This document shows, in pieces, positions 16,043-25,190 of a stretch of DNA of 30,108 bases. Position 1 is the first letter of the stretch. The number at the start of each line of letters is the position of its first letter. The position numbers and the translations under genes are program-made. Origin of the DNA: a virus (Duplodnaviria; Caudoviricetes); the IMG/VR virus record IMGVR_UViG_3300010376_000101, positions 1 to 30,108 of that record; one strand, 5' to 3'. The notes beneath the pieces are model-generated. The model was given only the letters and a program-made list of their open reading frames with translations, ran no database searches and was not told where the DNA came from.

Positions 16043-17166
16043 TGGCCTACATCGGTCCGCGCCCCTTCCCGTTCTTCGTGCCGCCGGGTGCGTTGCTGCC
16101 GGGCTCGGTGAACTGGTCTGCGTTCGATGCGCCGACCGTCGCCGCGATGACGGCAAACCGTAACCGGATCATCAACGCAGAGTGTCGTATTGCGCAGCGC
16201 GGTGGCAGCGTAGTCGTTGGCGCGAACGGTAACTTCTTTGGCGGTCCTGACCGGTTTCAGGCTACCATCGGTGCGAGTGCGGGCGGCCAGTACACGCAGT
16301 ACGCCGGGAACACCATGACTTATGGTGGCTTTCAGCGCTACACCGTTCAGCAAACGGTCAATACACCGATTGCCAGCATGGCGGCTGGTGCCTACTGGTC
16401 CGGCATCCAGCAGACCATTGAAGGTTATAACGTCTACGACTTTATTGGCCAGCCATGCACCCTATCGTTCCTGTTCCAGTCGAACGTGACGGGTAATTTC
16501 AGTGTGTCGATGTCGGATGCGCCAGCGGCAAACTCCATTGTCAGCACCTTTAACTATCCCGTGGCGGGCGTGGTACAGCGCGTGGTGCTGAACTGGCCGC
16601 CCGTTGCTGCAAATATTCCGAACACCAGTGCAGCGGGCCTGATCCTGCGCATCGCGCCGTTGAATCAAGCGCAGTACCAGACCAGCACCTTGAACGCGTG
16701 GCAGGTGGGTAACTTCCTGACCGCTGCGAATGCAGTGAACTGGGGTGCGGCGGCGAACAACTACATCGCCGTGGCTGATCTGCAACTGGAACTCGGTTCG
16801 ATTGCCACGTCGTTTGAACGTCGCTCGATCCAGCTTGAACTGTTGACGTGCCAGCGCTATTACAACGCAATGGGTCAACTGTTTGGTGCCGGGTATGTGC
16901 AGAACAGCTTGACCAGCGCGGTTTATATCATACCGATTTCGCCGGTCATGCGCGCTGCGCCGAGCGTTACATTCTCTGGCACGTTCACGTTTGGCGCAGC
17001 GACGGCAGGTGGGCAAAACCTGCCATCTACTTCGATGGTTAACGCGTCGGTGACACCGGCTATGTTGTACGTGCAGGCAACCGGACTGTCCGGTGTTGCT
17101 AGCGGGCAGGGTACGATTCTCTCGGGCCTCGGTGGTTCGGTGATCGCTTTGAGCGCGGAGCTTTGA
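16042..17166 (+). CDS. Tail fibre / receptor-binding protein, paralogue 1
   Basis: MAYIG start; RNRIINAECRIAQRG...LQLELGSIATSFERRSIQLELLTCQRYY...SAEL architecture. Confidence 0.8.
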   Translation: MAYIGPRPFPFFVPPGALLPGSVNWSAFDAPTVAAMTANRNRIINAECRIAQRGGSVVVGANGNFFGGPDRFQATIGASAGGQYTQYAGNTMTYGGFQRYTVQQTVNTPIASMAAGAYWSGIQQTIEGYNVYDFIGQPCTLSFLFQSNVTGNFSVSMSDAPAANSIVSTFNYPVAGVVQRVVLNWPPVAANIPNTSAAGLILRIAPLNQAQYQTSTLNAWQVGNFLTAANAVNWGAAANNYIAVADLQLELGSIATSFERRSIQLELLTCQRYYNAMGQLFGAGYVQNSLTSAVYIIPISPVMRAAPSVTFSGTFTFGAATAGGQNLPSTSMVNASVTPAMLYVQATGLSGVASGQGTILSGLGGSVIALSAEL

Positions 17167-17167
17167 C

Positions 17168-18454
17168 ATGGCCTACATCGCCGGTAACCCGCTCCTGTCG
17201 GTCGCGCGCCAGTTGACAGAAGGGGCTGCGCAGCAAGGGCAGAATACCATCCCGATTCCGGGTGGCATGGTGCCCACCATGAACGATGTGTTCGTGGGTG
17301 GTGCGTGCCTGTCGCAGGGCGACTACGACGACAGCGACGGTGCGCAGATCAAGCTCACGAAGGCGATGAATGCAGGCACGCAGTTTCGCGTGGTGAGCTA
17401 TGCGCCTGGGCAGACCGTACAGCCAGTCGGCGGGCAGCTTGCAGGCTTTCGCAACCGGCTCGTGAACGGCGATATGCGCGTGGCGCAGTACCAGTCGAGT
17501 GTGACGAACAACGCAGCGGGTAAGGTTTATGGACCTTACGACCGCTGGGCAACGAACACCAGCACAACGGGTGCAGTGACTGCACAGTTTTTGGCGATGC
17601 CGTGGGGGCCGTTCACGCGCGCCGGTCTGCAGGTAAAGGTTGTGACTGTGCCAACCTTTACTGGCAACCTGTTCTGGCAGCCGGTTATGCAGTTGCTGGA
17701 AGGTTTCGATACCTACGATCTGGTGGGTGCGCCGCTGACGCTATCGTTTTTGTTCCAGTCAAATGTCGCCGGATTGTATTCGGCTACGCTACAAGATTCG
17801 GGCACGCAGTCGTGCACGATGACGTTCAACTACCCCGTGGCAGGCGTCACGCAATGGGTAAGCATTACGTTTCCGACGCTGCCTACGAGCCTGACCATTC
17901 CGAACTACGGTGCGATGGGTATTACGCTGCGTATTGGCCAGATCGGTGTGGGTAGCGCTGTTTCACCCACAGTCGGGCAGTGGATTTCAGGCACGACCAT
18001 TATTGCAGCGAACAGTGTGAACTGGGCGACGGCGGTCAATAACTATATCGCTGTTGCAGAGGTACAGCTTGAAGCTGGCGCACTGGCGACAGCGTTTGAA
18101 CGTCGTCCGATCCAGTACGAGATGTCGCGTTGTCAGCGCTACTATTGCAAGTCCTATGCGTATGGAAACTACGCAGGTACAAACACCGGGCTTGCTAACG
18201 GCATCATTGAGGCGACCGGTAACCCGGCCAACGCGACGATTGCCTCGATTCGCTTCCCGGTGCAGATGCGCACGCTGCCTACGGTAACAGTGTATGACGG
18301 TGCCGGTGTGGCAGGACAGGTTTCAGTGGACGGCGTGGTAGCAGGCACATCGGCAGGTGTTTCGATAGATAACCAGTCCGAGAATGGTTTCAAGGTTTTT
18401 GCTGCGAGCCATTTCCGGGTGAGCGCGCATTACACCGCACAGGCAGAGCTATGA
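17168..18454 (+). CDS. Tail fibre / receptor-binding protein, paralogue 2
   Basis: MAYIAG start; FRNRLVNGDMRVAQ...VQLEAGALATAFERRPIQYEMSRCQRYY...QAEL. Confidence 0.8.
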   Translation: MAYIAGNPLLSVARQLTEGAAQQGQNTIPIPGGMVPTMNDVFVGGACLSQGDYDDSDGAQIKLTKAMNAGTQFRVVSYAPGQTVQPVGGQLAGFRNRLVNGDMRVAQYQSSVTNNAAGKVYGPYDRWATNTSTTGAVTAQFLAMPWGPFTRAGLQVKVVTVPTFTGNLFWQPVMQLLEGFDTYDLVGAPLTLSFLFQSNVAGLYSATLQDSGTQSCTMTFNYPVAGVTQWVSITFPTLPTSLTIPNYGAMGITLRIGQIGVGSAVSPTVGQWISGTTIIAANSVNWATAVNNYIAVAEVQLEAGALATAFERRPIQYEMSRCQRYYCKSYAYGNYAGTNTGLANGIIEATGNPANATIASIRFPVQMRTLPTVTVYDGAGVAGQVSVDGVVAGTSAGVSIDNQSENGFKVFAASHFRVSAHYTAQAEL

Positions 18455-19437
18455 CACAGGCACAGAACCTCGCTGACCTGTCGCAGCTTTTCACGAAGTG
18501 GCCGCTGCCGTTTCGGAACAAGCTTATCAACGGCAAGTTTCCGATCTGGCAGCGCGGTGGTGGTCCATTCAATGTGCTGACCGGCACCGTGACTTACACA
18601 GTGGACCGCTGGTACACGTGGACTAATGGCGCGACGATTACGGTAGACCTGAATCCGCCGTCGCCGCACCCCGGCTTCGCGCAGAGCTACCACGCGAAGG
18701 GTGCGGCAGGCACTACGCGTATTAATGTCGGTCAACGCATTGAGTCAGCGAATGCGTACGACTTGGCCGGGCCGGATGGTCAGGGTCAACTATGCACAGC
18801 AAGTGGCTGGATATGGTCGTCACAGGCGATCACACCGCAGTTCCTGATCTATATCCCAGGTGCGAGTGATAACTTCGCAACTACCACAGTCGTCACGAAT
18901 GTCGTGTTACCGCCGCTCGTGGCGAATACATGGACATACTTCAGCACTACGTTCATGTCGAGCAGCCAGTATCACCTTGGCTGCCAGTACGAAATTGATT
19001 TTCCTGTGACGGGCGCAGGGGATATTGCCGTAACGGGTTGCCAGCTTGAATCTGGTTCGGTCGCTACGCAGTTCGAGCATCGCCCGTGGAATCTTGAAAT
19101 GTACATGTGCCAGCGCTATTACCAGCAGGTTAATAGCGGTAATCCACGGTGCTGGGGTGGTATAACCGGCGCGAATACGGCGGACTTCATTCACTACCCG
19201 CCAGTCGGCTTCCACCACGCACCGACCGTAGGGCTGTACCAGAGTGGCGCAGGCACGCTGATGGAGTCAATGCCGTTTGTACAGGCCATTACAGCAACGT
19301 TTACGCTTAGTAGCGTGCACGTACCTGCGGTTGGGCCGCTCGACTTTCAGTTACAGGTTGCCAGTCCGTCGCCTGCCATTACCCTTGCATGGCCAGCCAC
19401 ATGGCTGGGTGGCCTGACCTTGAACGCGGAGCTTTAG
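18451..19437 (+). CDS. Tail fibre / receptor-binding protein, paralogue 3
   Basis: FRNKLINGKFPIWQRG...CQLESGSVATQFEHRPWNLEMYMCQRYY...NAEL. Confidence 0.8.
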   Translation: MTQAQNLADLSQLFTKWPLPFRNKLINGKFPIWQRGGGPFNVLTGTVTYTVDRWYTWTNGATITVDLNPPSPHPGFAQSYHAKGAAGTTRINVGQRIESANAYDLAGPDGQGQLCTASGWIWSSQAITPQFLIYIPGASDNFATTTVVTNVVLPPLVANTWTYFSTTFMSSSQYHLGCQYEIDFPVTGAGDIAVTGCQLESGSVATQFEHRPWNLEMYMCQRYYQQVNSGNPRCWGGITGANTADFIHYPPVGFHHAPTVGLYQSGAGTLMESMPFVQAITATFTLSSVHVPAVGPLDFQLQVASPSPAITLAWPATWLGGLTLNAEL

Positions 19438-19438
19438 C

Positions 19439-19618
19439 ATGGCCAACTATTTCGTTGTACCGCTGCAGCCGACCGATCCGCCGGACACGAAGAACATGAT
19501 CGTGGACAAGGATCGGATGTGCTGGATTCCGCCCGATCCGCTGAACACGGACTATGCGGCGTACCTTACGTGGGTGGAGGAAGGCAACACTGCACCGCCC
19601 TGGACACCCGGAGGCTGA
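19439..19618 (+). CDS. Small tail-fibre assembly/chaperone-like protein, 59 aa (MANYFVVPLQ...WIPPDPLNTDYAAYLTWVEEGNTAPPWTPGG)
   Basis: Hand-translated (below the track cutoff). The IP.DP.N.DY..YL.W...GN motif is typical of ORFs following this fibre type. Confidence 0.75.
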   Translation: MANYFVVPLQPTDPPDTKNMIVDKDRMCWIPPDPLNTDYAAYLTWVEEGNTAPPWTPGG

Positions 19619-19619
19619 C

Positions 19620-19796
19620 ATGGCCAAGAAGAACTGGATCGCCGACGCTATCCAGAAACCCGGCTCGTTACGTAGGTCTTTGGGCGTATCCGGCGACCGC
19701 CCGATTCCTGCCGCCAAACTGAACGCCGCCGCGAAGAAGCCCGGCGTGACCGGCCAGCGTGCCCGGCTGGCCAAAACCCTGAAGGGCATGAAGTAA
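19620..19796 (+). CDS. Small basic phage protein, 58 aa (MAKKNWIADAIQKPGSLRRSLGV...RARLAKTLKGMK)
   Basis: Start moved to ATG 19620 (GGAGG SD); resembles a recurrent small basic family of uncultured phages. Confidence 0.8.
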   Translation: MAKKNWIADAIQKPGSLRRSLGVSGDRPIPAAKLNAAAKKPGVTGQRARLAKTLKGMK

Positions 19797-19806
19797 GGAG
19801 CCTGCG

Positions 19807-20844
19807 ATGACCGGGCACGTCAAGACCGCCGACAACGCGTTCGGCAACATCGCCGCCAGCATCGGCACGACCGACACCACGATTGCACTGCAGTCGGGGC
19901 AGGGCGCGCGTTTCCCGGCTGCAGGGGCAGGCGCGAACGGCGACTGGTTTTACCTGACGCTGATCGACCCGAACAGCGGCACGCTCGAAATCGTCACGGT
20001 TACCAACCGCTCGACCGACATCCTGACGGTGACACGCGGCACCGCCAGCACCGCGCCGCACGCGTTCCCGGCAGGCAGCGGCTGCGAGGCGCGGCTGATC
20101 CAGAATATCTTCAACACCGATTTCATCAACGCGTTCATGGCGCGTGACGGTCAGTATGCAGCCACCGCGAACCTGAACATGGGTGGCTTCAGCATCACCA
20201 ACCTGCTGCAGATCACTGACCCGACCAGCCCGGTGCTGGTTGGCACCCTGCGCAACATCATCGTCGGAGGCACCATCATCATGTGGCACGGCAACTGGAC
20301 CACCAGCGGCGCGGCGCTGACCGCGCAGGGGTGGCTCTACTGCGACGGCACCAACGGCACGCCGGACCTGCGCAACGTGTTTCCGTGCGGTGTACCCACT
20401 GGTACGGCCCAGTCCGGCGCGGGTGGCGGCACGCACAGCCAGACGATCAGCGTCGGCAACATGCCGAGCCACGCCCACGGCGTGAATGACGGCGGCCACA
20501 ACCACGGGTTTAACGACCCCGGCCACGCTCACGCCGTGAACGACCCCGGCCACCAGCACAGCATGCCGAAGAACGCTTCGGCGCAAGCGGGTAGCGACAA
20601 CGGTGGGATGCCTATCGGCACCGACCAGCCGTACTACTCGACGGGCCGCAACCCGCTGCCGACCAACGGCGCAGGCACAGGGATCAGCATCGCGGGCTCC
20701 GGCACCGGCTGCTGGCTGTCGGCGAGCGGCGCGAACATCAGCATTCAGGCGAATGGCGGTGGCGCGCCGTTCGATAACCGCCCACAATACGTTGGGTTGC
20801 ATTTCCTGATGATGAAGCCCGGCGGACCCCCCGCCCTTGAGTAA
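19807..20844 (+). CDS. Tail fibre with tail-collar domain and HxH repeats
   Basis: LEIVTVTNRSTDILTVTRG N-terminal module; collar motif GWLYCDGTNGTPDLRN; HAH/HNH/HAH/HQH at 9-aa spacing; C-terminal FDNRPQYVGLHFLMM. Confidence 0.85.
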   Translation: MTGHVKTADNAFGNIAASIGTTDTTIALQSGQGARFPAAGAGANGDWFYLTLIDPNSGTLEIVTVTNRSTDILTVTRGTASTAPHAFPAGSGCEARLIQNIFNTDFINAFMARDGQYAATANLNMGGFSITNLLQITDPTSPVLVGTLRNIIVGGTIIMWHGNWTTSGAALTAQGWLYCDGTNGTPDLRNVFPCGVPTGTAQSGAGGGTHSQTISVGNMPSHAHGVNDGGHNHGFNDPGHAHAVNDPGHQHSMPKNASAQAGSDNGGMPIGTDQPYYSTGRNPLPTNGAGTGISIAGSGTGCWLSASGANISIQANGGGAPFDNRPQYVGLHFLMMKPGGPPALE

Positions 20845-20854
20845 GGAGAAAGTC

Positions 20855-21172
20855 ATGGCAGGCGAACGTATCAAGCCACGTGCCGACATGGATTCGCTGG
20901 GCGGCACGTCCGGCACCGAGTACCGCCAGTGCAGCGCGCCGCGCTCGCAACTGAAGGACGACCACACCCCGTGGGGGCAGGCCGTCGAATCGCAGGACCG
21001 CTCACAGGCCACGCGCGTCTATCCGAAGCCGGAAGGCAGCGGGGCCGATGCTGTCGAGGCCGGGGCCAAGGGCGTGTATCCACGCACTTTCCCCAAGGGT
21101 GGCTGGTACGATCCGGCATCCCCTGCCGAGAACCAGCTTAACAAGGAAGAAAAAATCCTGAGCGGTGAATGA
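20855..21172 (+). CDS. Hypothetical protein (105 aa)
   Basis: Start moved to ATG 20855 (TAAGGAG SD). Confidence 0.7.
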   Translation: MAGERIKPRADMDSLGGTSGTEYRQCSAPRSQLKDDHTPWGQAVESQDRSQATRVYPKPEGSGADAVEAGAKGVYPRTFPKGGWYDPASPAENQLNKEEKILSGE

Positions 21173-21198
21173 TATGGCAACTACGTCAGGAGGCAGCC

Positions 21199-21411
21199 GT
21201 GGCAAACCAAAAGTCCAGCCCAAAAGGCAGGCCATCAGTGTTGGAAGTGAGCATCAAGCGCCGCCCGATGACGATGGCCGAATTCGAGAAGACGAAGCAG
21301 GACCGGGATCAGGACCGGCGTTCGGGCCTGAAGGAGGGGAGCCCGGCGGAGCAGCGGCAGGACCGGGCAGCCCTGAACCGGATCAACCGCTCTCGCGGGC
21401 GCAACAGGTGA
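21199..21411 (+). CDS. Small charged protein, 70 aa (MANQKSS...MTMAEFEKTKQDRDQDRRSGLKEGSPAEQRQDR...)
   Basis: AGGAGG SD 5 nt before GTG 21199 (alternative ATG at 21169); GC3 bias lies in this frame across about 21247-21411. Confidence 0.65.
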   Translation: MANQKSSPKGRPSVLEVSIKRRPMTMAEFEKTKQDRDQDRRSGLKEGSPAEQRQDRAALNRINRSRGRNR

Positions 21412-21557
21412 TTGCAGCGTACCCCGGCAGCCTCGTCGGCGGACGGCACATCATCCGCCTGGACGGCGTGCACACCGTCATCGCCGAACTGAAGAAGGGC
21501 GAGTGGGTGCTGACCTTCAAGGGCGAGCAACTGGCGAAGGAAATGTTCGGGAGATGA
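21408..21557 (+). CDS. Small hypothetical protein (49 aa from GTG 21408; frame also open from ATG 21174)
   Basis: GTGA overlap with the stop at 21411; GC3 bias in this frame only from about 21410. Confidence 0.55.
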   Translation: MIAAYPGSLVGGRHIIRLDGVHTVIAELKKGEWVLTFKGEQLAKEMFGR

Positions 21558-21558
21558 A

Positions 21559-23493
21559 ATGCCCGCCGTCAAGCTGGAAAACTTTCAGGGGATCATCCCG
21601 AAGGCCCCACCGACCCTCCTGACCCCCCAGCAGGCGCAGCGCGCCGACAACATCCGGCTGTACGGCGGGGAACTCCTGCCGTGGCGGAAACCTTCGTTTG
21701 TTTACAAACCTGCCAACGTCAATCCCGTGGTGTCGATCTACCACGTGATTAACACGTCCAACGGGCAGGACCGGTGGCTCACGTTCGAGGCGGATACGGA
21801 CGTGCAGCTTGGGCCGGTGCCGAACCCGCAGGAACAGCGCCTGTACATGACGCAGGCCGGGCACGCGCCCATGAAGACCGACTGGGCGATGCTCTCGACC
21901 GGCAGCGGGCCTTACCCTGCCTCGACTGTACCGATGGGGGTGCCGAACCCGGCTACCGCCCCGACGCTCGCGGCGAACGGCACGGGTAGCGGCACCGCGA
22001 TCACGCGTGCCTACGTGTACACGTGGATCAACATGTTCGGCACCATCGCCGAGGAAACCGGGCCGTCCAACGCCGCGACGGTGAACTGGCAGAGCGGGCA
22101 GACCGTGACCGTCTCGGGCTTTCAGGCTCCCCCCGGCGCGCCGCAGAACATCCAGTACATCCGCATCTACCGCACGGTGACGGGCACCGACCCGACGCAG
22201 GTGAACTACTACGAGGTCGCGCAGATTCCCGTGGGCACCGCGAGCTTCGTGGACAACATCAGCGACGCGGCGATTGTCGGCAGCCCGCTCTCGACGGTCG
22301 GTTGGGGGCCGCCGCCCACCGACCTGCAGGGGCTCGTGAGCCTGCCCAACGGCATGCTGGCAGGCTGGTCCGCCAGCAATCAGGTGTGGTTCTGCGAGCC
22401 GTACAACCCGCACTCGTGGCCTGCGAACTACATGCAGCCGCTGTCGTTCGACATCGTGGGGCTGGCGGTCTACGAGCAGAACCTCGTCGTCATGACGAAC
22501 ACCTGCCCGTACATCCTGACCGGCATCCACCCGGCGCAGATGACGGTGACCCGCATCAACCTGTGGGAGCCATGTGCCTCGAAACGCTCGATTGCCGGTG
22601 ACCTGTCGGGCGTCCTGTACGCATCGCCCAACGGCATTGTCGGCATCAGTTCGATGGTGCAGGGCGTGATTACCACGGGGCTGATGCGCCGCGACGAATG
22701 GCAGAAGTGGTTCGATGCTGTGCACATGATCGGCGCGATCTACAACGCACAGTATTTCGGCTTCTTCCCCGACACCAACGGCGACAGCTTCAGCGGCGGC
22801 TGGGCCATCGTGCTGGACAAGGCTGACAACCCGTACATGCAGGCGTCGGTGAACATGGACGTGGCGAGCTTCGCGCACGCGCCGCCCTGTGGCCGCATGG
22901 ACCAGTACGCCACCGCCGTGGTGGTGGACCGCGTGAACGCGGCGATGTACTACGTCGATCACCTCGACAACACCATCTACCAGATCGACGGCGACCCGCT
23001 CGACTACCAGATCGGCGACTGGTACAGCAAGCGCTTCGTGCTGGCGCGGCCCGTGAACATGGCTTCGATCCAGACCGATGCGGACTACGAAGCAGACGAC
23101 ACGCCGCTGTATCAACTCGTTGCACGCTACGAGACGCAGAACCAGCAGTGGCTGGCAGCGCATACGAGCGGCCCGTTCGGCGGGACACTGAACAGCACGC
23201 AACTGAATGGTGGCGGCAACCTCACCGGTCTTGGCAGCACGATGGGTACGCTCAATGGCAGCTACCAGATTTGGGACGTGCCGAGCATCTTCGACTTCCG
23301 CAGTGTGAACGTGAAGGTGTACGCCGACGATCAACTGGTCTTCACGTATAACCCCATCAGTCTGGACCCGGTGCGCATGCCTGCGAACTACAAGTGCCGC
23401 ACGTGGGAAATCGAGATATCGGCGAACTTTCGCGTGCGCACCTGTGCGCTCGCCACGTCGATGTTTGAACTTGGCAAGACAGGACAAGGGTAA
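21559..23493 (+). CDS. Tail nozzle / tail tubular protein B-like (644 aa)
   Basis: FQGIIPKAPPTLL, RAYVYTWINMFG..EETGPS and WFCEPYNPHSWP motifs; size and position before the ejection genes. Confidence 0.75.
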   Translation: MPAVKLENFQGIIPKAPPTLLTPQQAQRADNIRLYGGELLPWRKPSFVYKPANVNPVVSIYHVINTSNGQDRWLTFEADTDVQLGPVPNPQEQRLYMTQAGHAPMKTDWAMLSTGSGPYPASTVPMGVPNPATAPTLAANGTGSGTAITRAYVYTWINMFGTIAEETGPSNAATVNWQSGQTVTVSGFQAPPGAPQNIQYIRIYRTVTGTDPTQVNYYEVAQIPVGTASFVDNISDAAIVGSPLSTVGWGPPPTDLQGLVSLPNGMLAGWSASNQVWFCEPYNPHSWPANYMQPLSFDIVGLAVYEQNLVVMTNTCPYILTGIHPAQMTVTRINLWEPCASKRSIAGDLSGVLYASPNGIVGISSMVQGVITTGLMRRDEWQKWFDAVHMIGAIYNAQYFGFFPDTNGDSFSGGWAIVLDKADNPYMQASVNMDVASFAHAPPCGRMDQYATAVVVDRVNAAMYYVDHLDNTIYQIDGDPLDYQIGDWYSKRFVLARPVNMASIQTDADYEADDTPLYQLVARYETQNQQWLAAHTSGPFGGTLNSTQLNGGGNLTGLGSTMGTLNGSYQIWDVPSIFDFRSVNVKVYADDQLVFTYNPISLDPVRMPANYKCRTWEIEISANFRVRTCALATSMFELGKTGQG

Positions 23494-23723
23494 TGAGCGC
23501 AGCGGAAAAGAAGATGTCGATTCCATCAGCGAATCAGGGCACCCTCCAGAACACGCAGGAAGCCCAGCGCTTTCTGGAGGCGGTCAAGCAGAATGTTGAC
23601 GTGATAACGGGACGGGCACATGGCACGACCGAGATTGATACGATCCCACAGGGCGCTACCCTCGTTACCGTTATCGCCCGAATCAACCAGATCATCACGC
23701 GGATTAACTCATCGGGGACGTGA
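23493..23723 (+). CDS. Small helical protein following the nozzle (76 aa)
   Basis: TAATG coupling; FLEAVKQNVDVITGR. Confidence 0.7.
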   Translation: MSAAEKKMSIPSANQGTLQNTQEAQRFLEAVKQNVDVITGRAHGTTEIDTIPQGATLVTVIARINQIITRINSSGT

Positions 23724-23724
23724 C

Positions 23725-24186
23725 ATGTATGTAACGGGCGAGCAGAAGATGGAGTATTACCAGTTTGCGTCGAAGCTGCTGGAGTGCAGGCTGCGCCCCA
23801 CCTATGACTCACGCATCCTCACCACCATTGACGAATTCGGCGAGCCGCTGGGCTGCATCGTGTACCGCTACATCACCGACAAGAACCTTGAGATGATGGT
23901 GGCGCTGCCGTATGGTGCGGGCGGCGTGTCGCGCGAGTTCGTGCACCGGATGTTTCACTTCCCCTTCGTGCAGCTGCGCCTGCCTCATATCTCGACCGTT
24001 GCGGACGAAGCCAACGAGGCGAGCGTGAAGCTGACACTGCACGTAGGTTTCACCATCGAAGGACGCATGCGCCGTATCTACAACGGGCGGGACGGCATCA
24101 TCTTCGGGATGTGCCGCGACGAGTGCCGCTGGATCGGCCCACGCTTCAGGAGCGAACATGGGCAAGAAATCCACACCGTCGCCTGA
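23725..24186 (+). CDS. GNAT-fold acetyltransferase-like protein
   Basis: Start moved to ATG 23725; NEASVKLTLHVGFTIEGRMR is a RimJ/RimL-type GNAT motif; same position as T7 gp13 / P22 gp14. Confidence 0.75.
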   Translation: MYVTGEQKMEYYQFASKLLECRLRPTYDSRILTTIDEFGEPLGCIVYRYITDKNLEMMVALPYGAGGVSREFVHRMFHFPFVQLRLPHISTVADEANEASVKLTLHVGFTIEGRMRRIYNGRDGIIFGMCRDECRWIGPRFRSEHGQEIHTVA

Positions 24187-25180
24187 CGCGGGTATCGGCA
24201 CCGCTGCACAGCAGATGGCGAACATCTCGCAGGACGAATGGAATTGGTTTCAGAACCAGTACCTGCCGAGCCAGAACGCGCAGCAGCAGGTCGTGCAGGG
24301 CACGGCCAACACCATGCTGTCGAACTATCTGAACAACTACATTCCCAACATGGAGCAGCAGTACACGACCACTCAGCAGCAGGCGGGTCAGGTCGAGGAC
24401 CAGCAGCTTGCGCAGATGACCGCGCAGGCGCAGCAGGCCCAGCAGCTTTACGGCGCGTTCGATACGAGCTACCTGCCGCTGTATGGCCAGATCGCAAGCG
24501 AAGCGGCGGCCAAGGGCGGGCAGGCCGATCAGGACTATCAGGCGATGCTCGCACGCGGCGACGTGGCACAGCAGTACGCCAACGCGGCTACCCAGCAGCA
24601 GCAGTACCTCGCGCAGTACGGCATGAGCCCCACGAGCGGCATCGCCGTGGCGGGCCAGCGTCAGACCGCGATCAGCCAGGCGGCACAGGAGGCCGCCGCG
24701 CAGACCGCCGCGCGTCAGGCCGCCGTGAACCTCGGCTGGACGTGGCAGACCACCGCCGCGCAACTCGGGCAGGGGCTGCTGTCGGCGGGTTCGACAGCCT
24801 ACGGCAACGCTGCGACCGCCGGTCAGAACGCCGTGAACACCGCGATCAACACCATGAACGCAGGCTCGAACGTGACTGCCGGGTATGCCGGTGCGCTGAA
24901 CACCGCCGCCGCGCCGATCCAGTCGGAAGCGGCCATCGCCAACCCGCTGTCGCAGGGCACGCAGGCCGCCACGGGTGCAGCGTCCGGCAGCGCCACGGCC
25001 CTGAACCAGCAGTACCAGACCCAAGGCCAGATCGCGGGTGCACAGCAGCAGGGCTTCGGCTCGATGGTGGGCGGCCTGCTGGGCGCGGCGGGCACCATCG
25101 GCGGCGCGATGCTCGGCGGCCCGGCGGGCGCGGCAGTGGGTGGTTCGCTCGGCAGTGCTGCGGGCAAGGCCATCGCGTAA
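24158..25180 (+). CDS. Ejection (DNA transfer / internal virion) protein
   Basis: MGKKS start, Gln/Ala-rich, C-terminal Gly-zipper hydrophobic segment; AGGAG SD. Confidence 0.75.
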   Translation: MGKKSTPSPDAGIGTAAQQMANISQDEWNWFQNQYLPSQNAQQQVVQGTANTMLSNYLNNYIPNMEQQYTTTQQQAGQVEDQQLAQMTAQAQQAQQLYGAFDTSYLPLYGQIASEAAAKGGQADQDYQAMLARGDVAQQYANAATQQQQYLAQYGMSPTSGIAVAGQRQTAISQAAQEAAAQTAARQAAVNLGWTWQTTAAQLGQGLLSAGSTAYGNAATAGQNAVNTAINTMNAGSNVTAGYAGALNTAAAPIQSEAAIANPLSQGTQAATGAASGSATALNQQYQTQGQIAGAQQQGFGSMVGGLLGAAGTIGGAMLGGPAGAAVGGSLGSAAGKAIA

Positions 25181-25190
25181 GGAGACGATC

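Noticed and set aside
16042-19437. Diversity-generating retroelement or shufflon acting on the fibre genes
   Set aside because: No reverse transcriptase or invertase in the window, no near-identical TR/VR pair differing at adenines, and no inverted cassettes; the similarity is ordinary paralogy.
25038-25190. Upstream extension of the SLT ejection protein
   Set aside because: Overlaps the previous gene; TAAGGAG SD supports ATG 25191.
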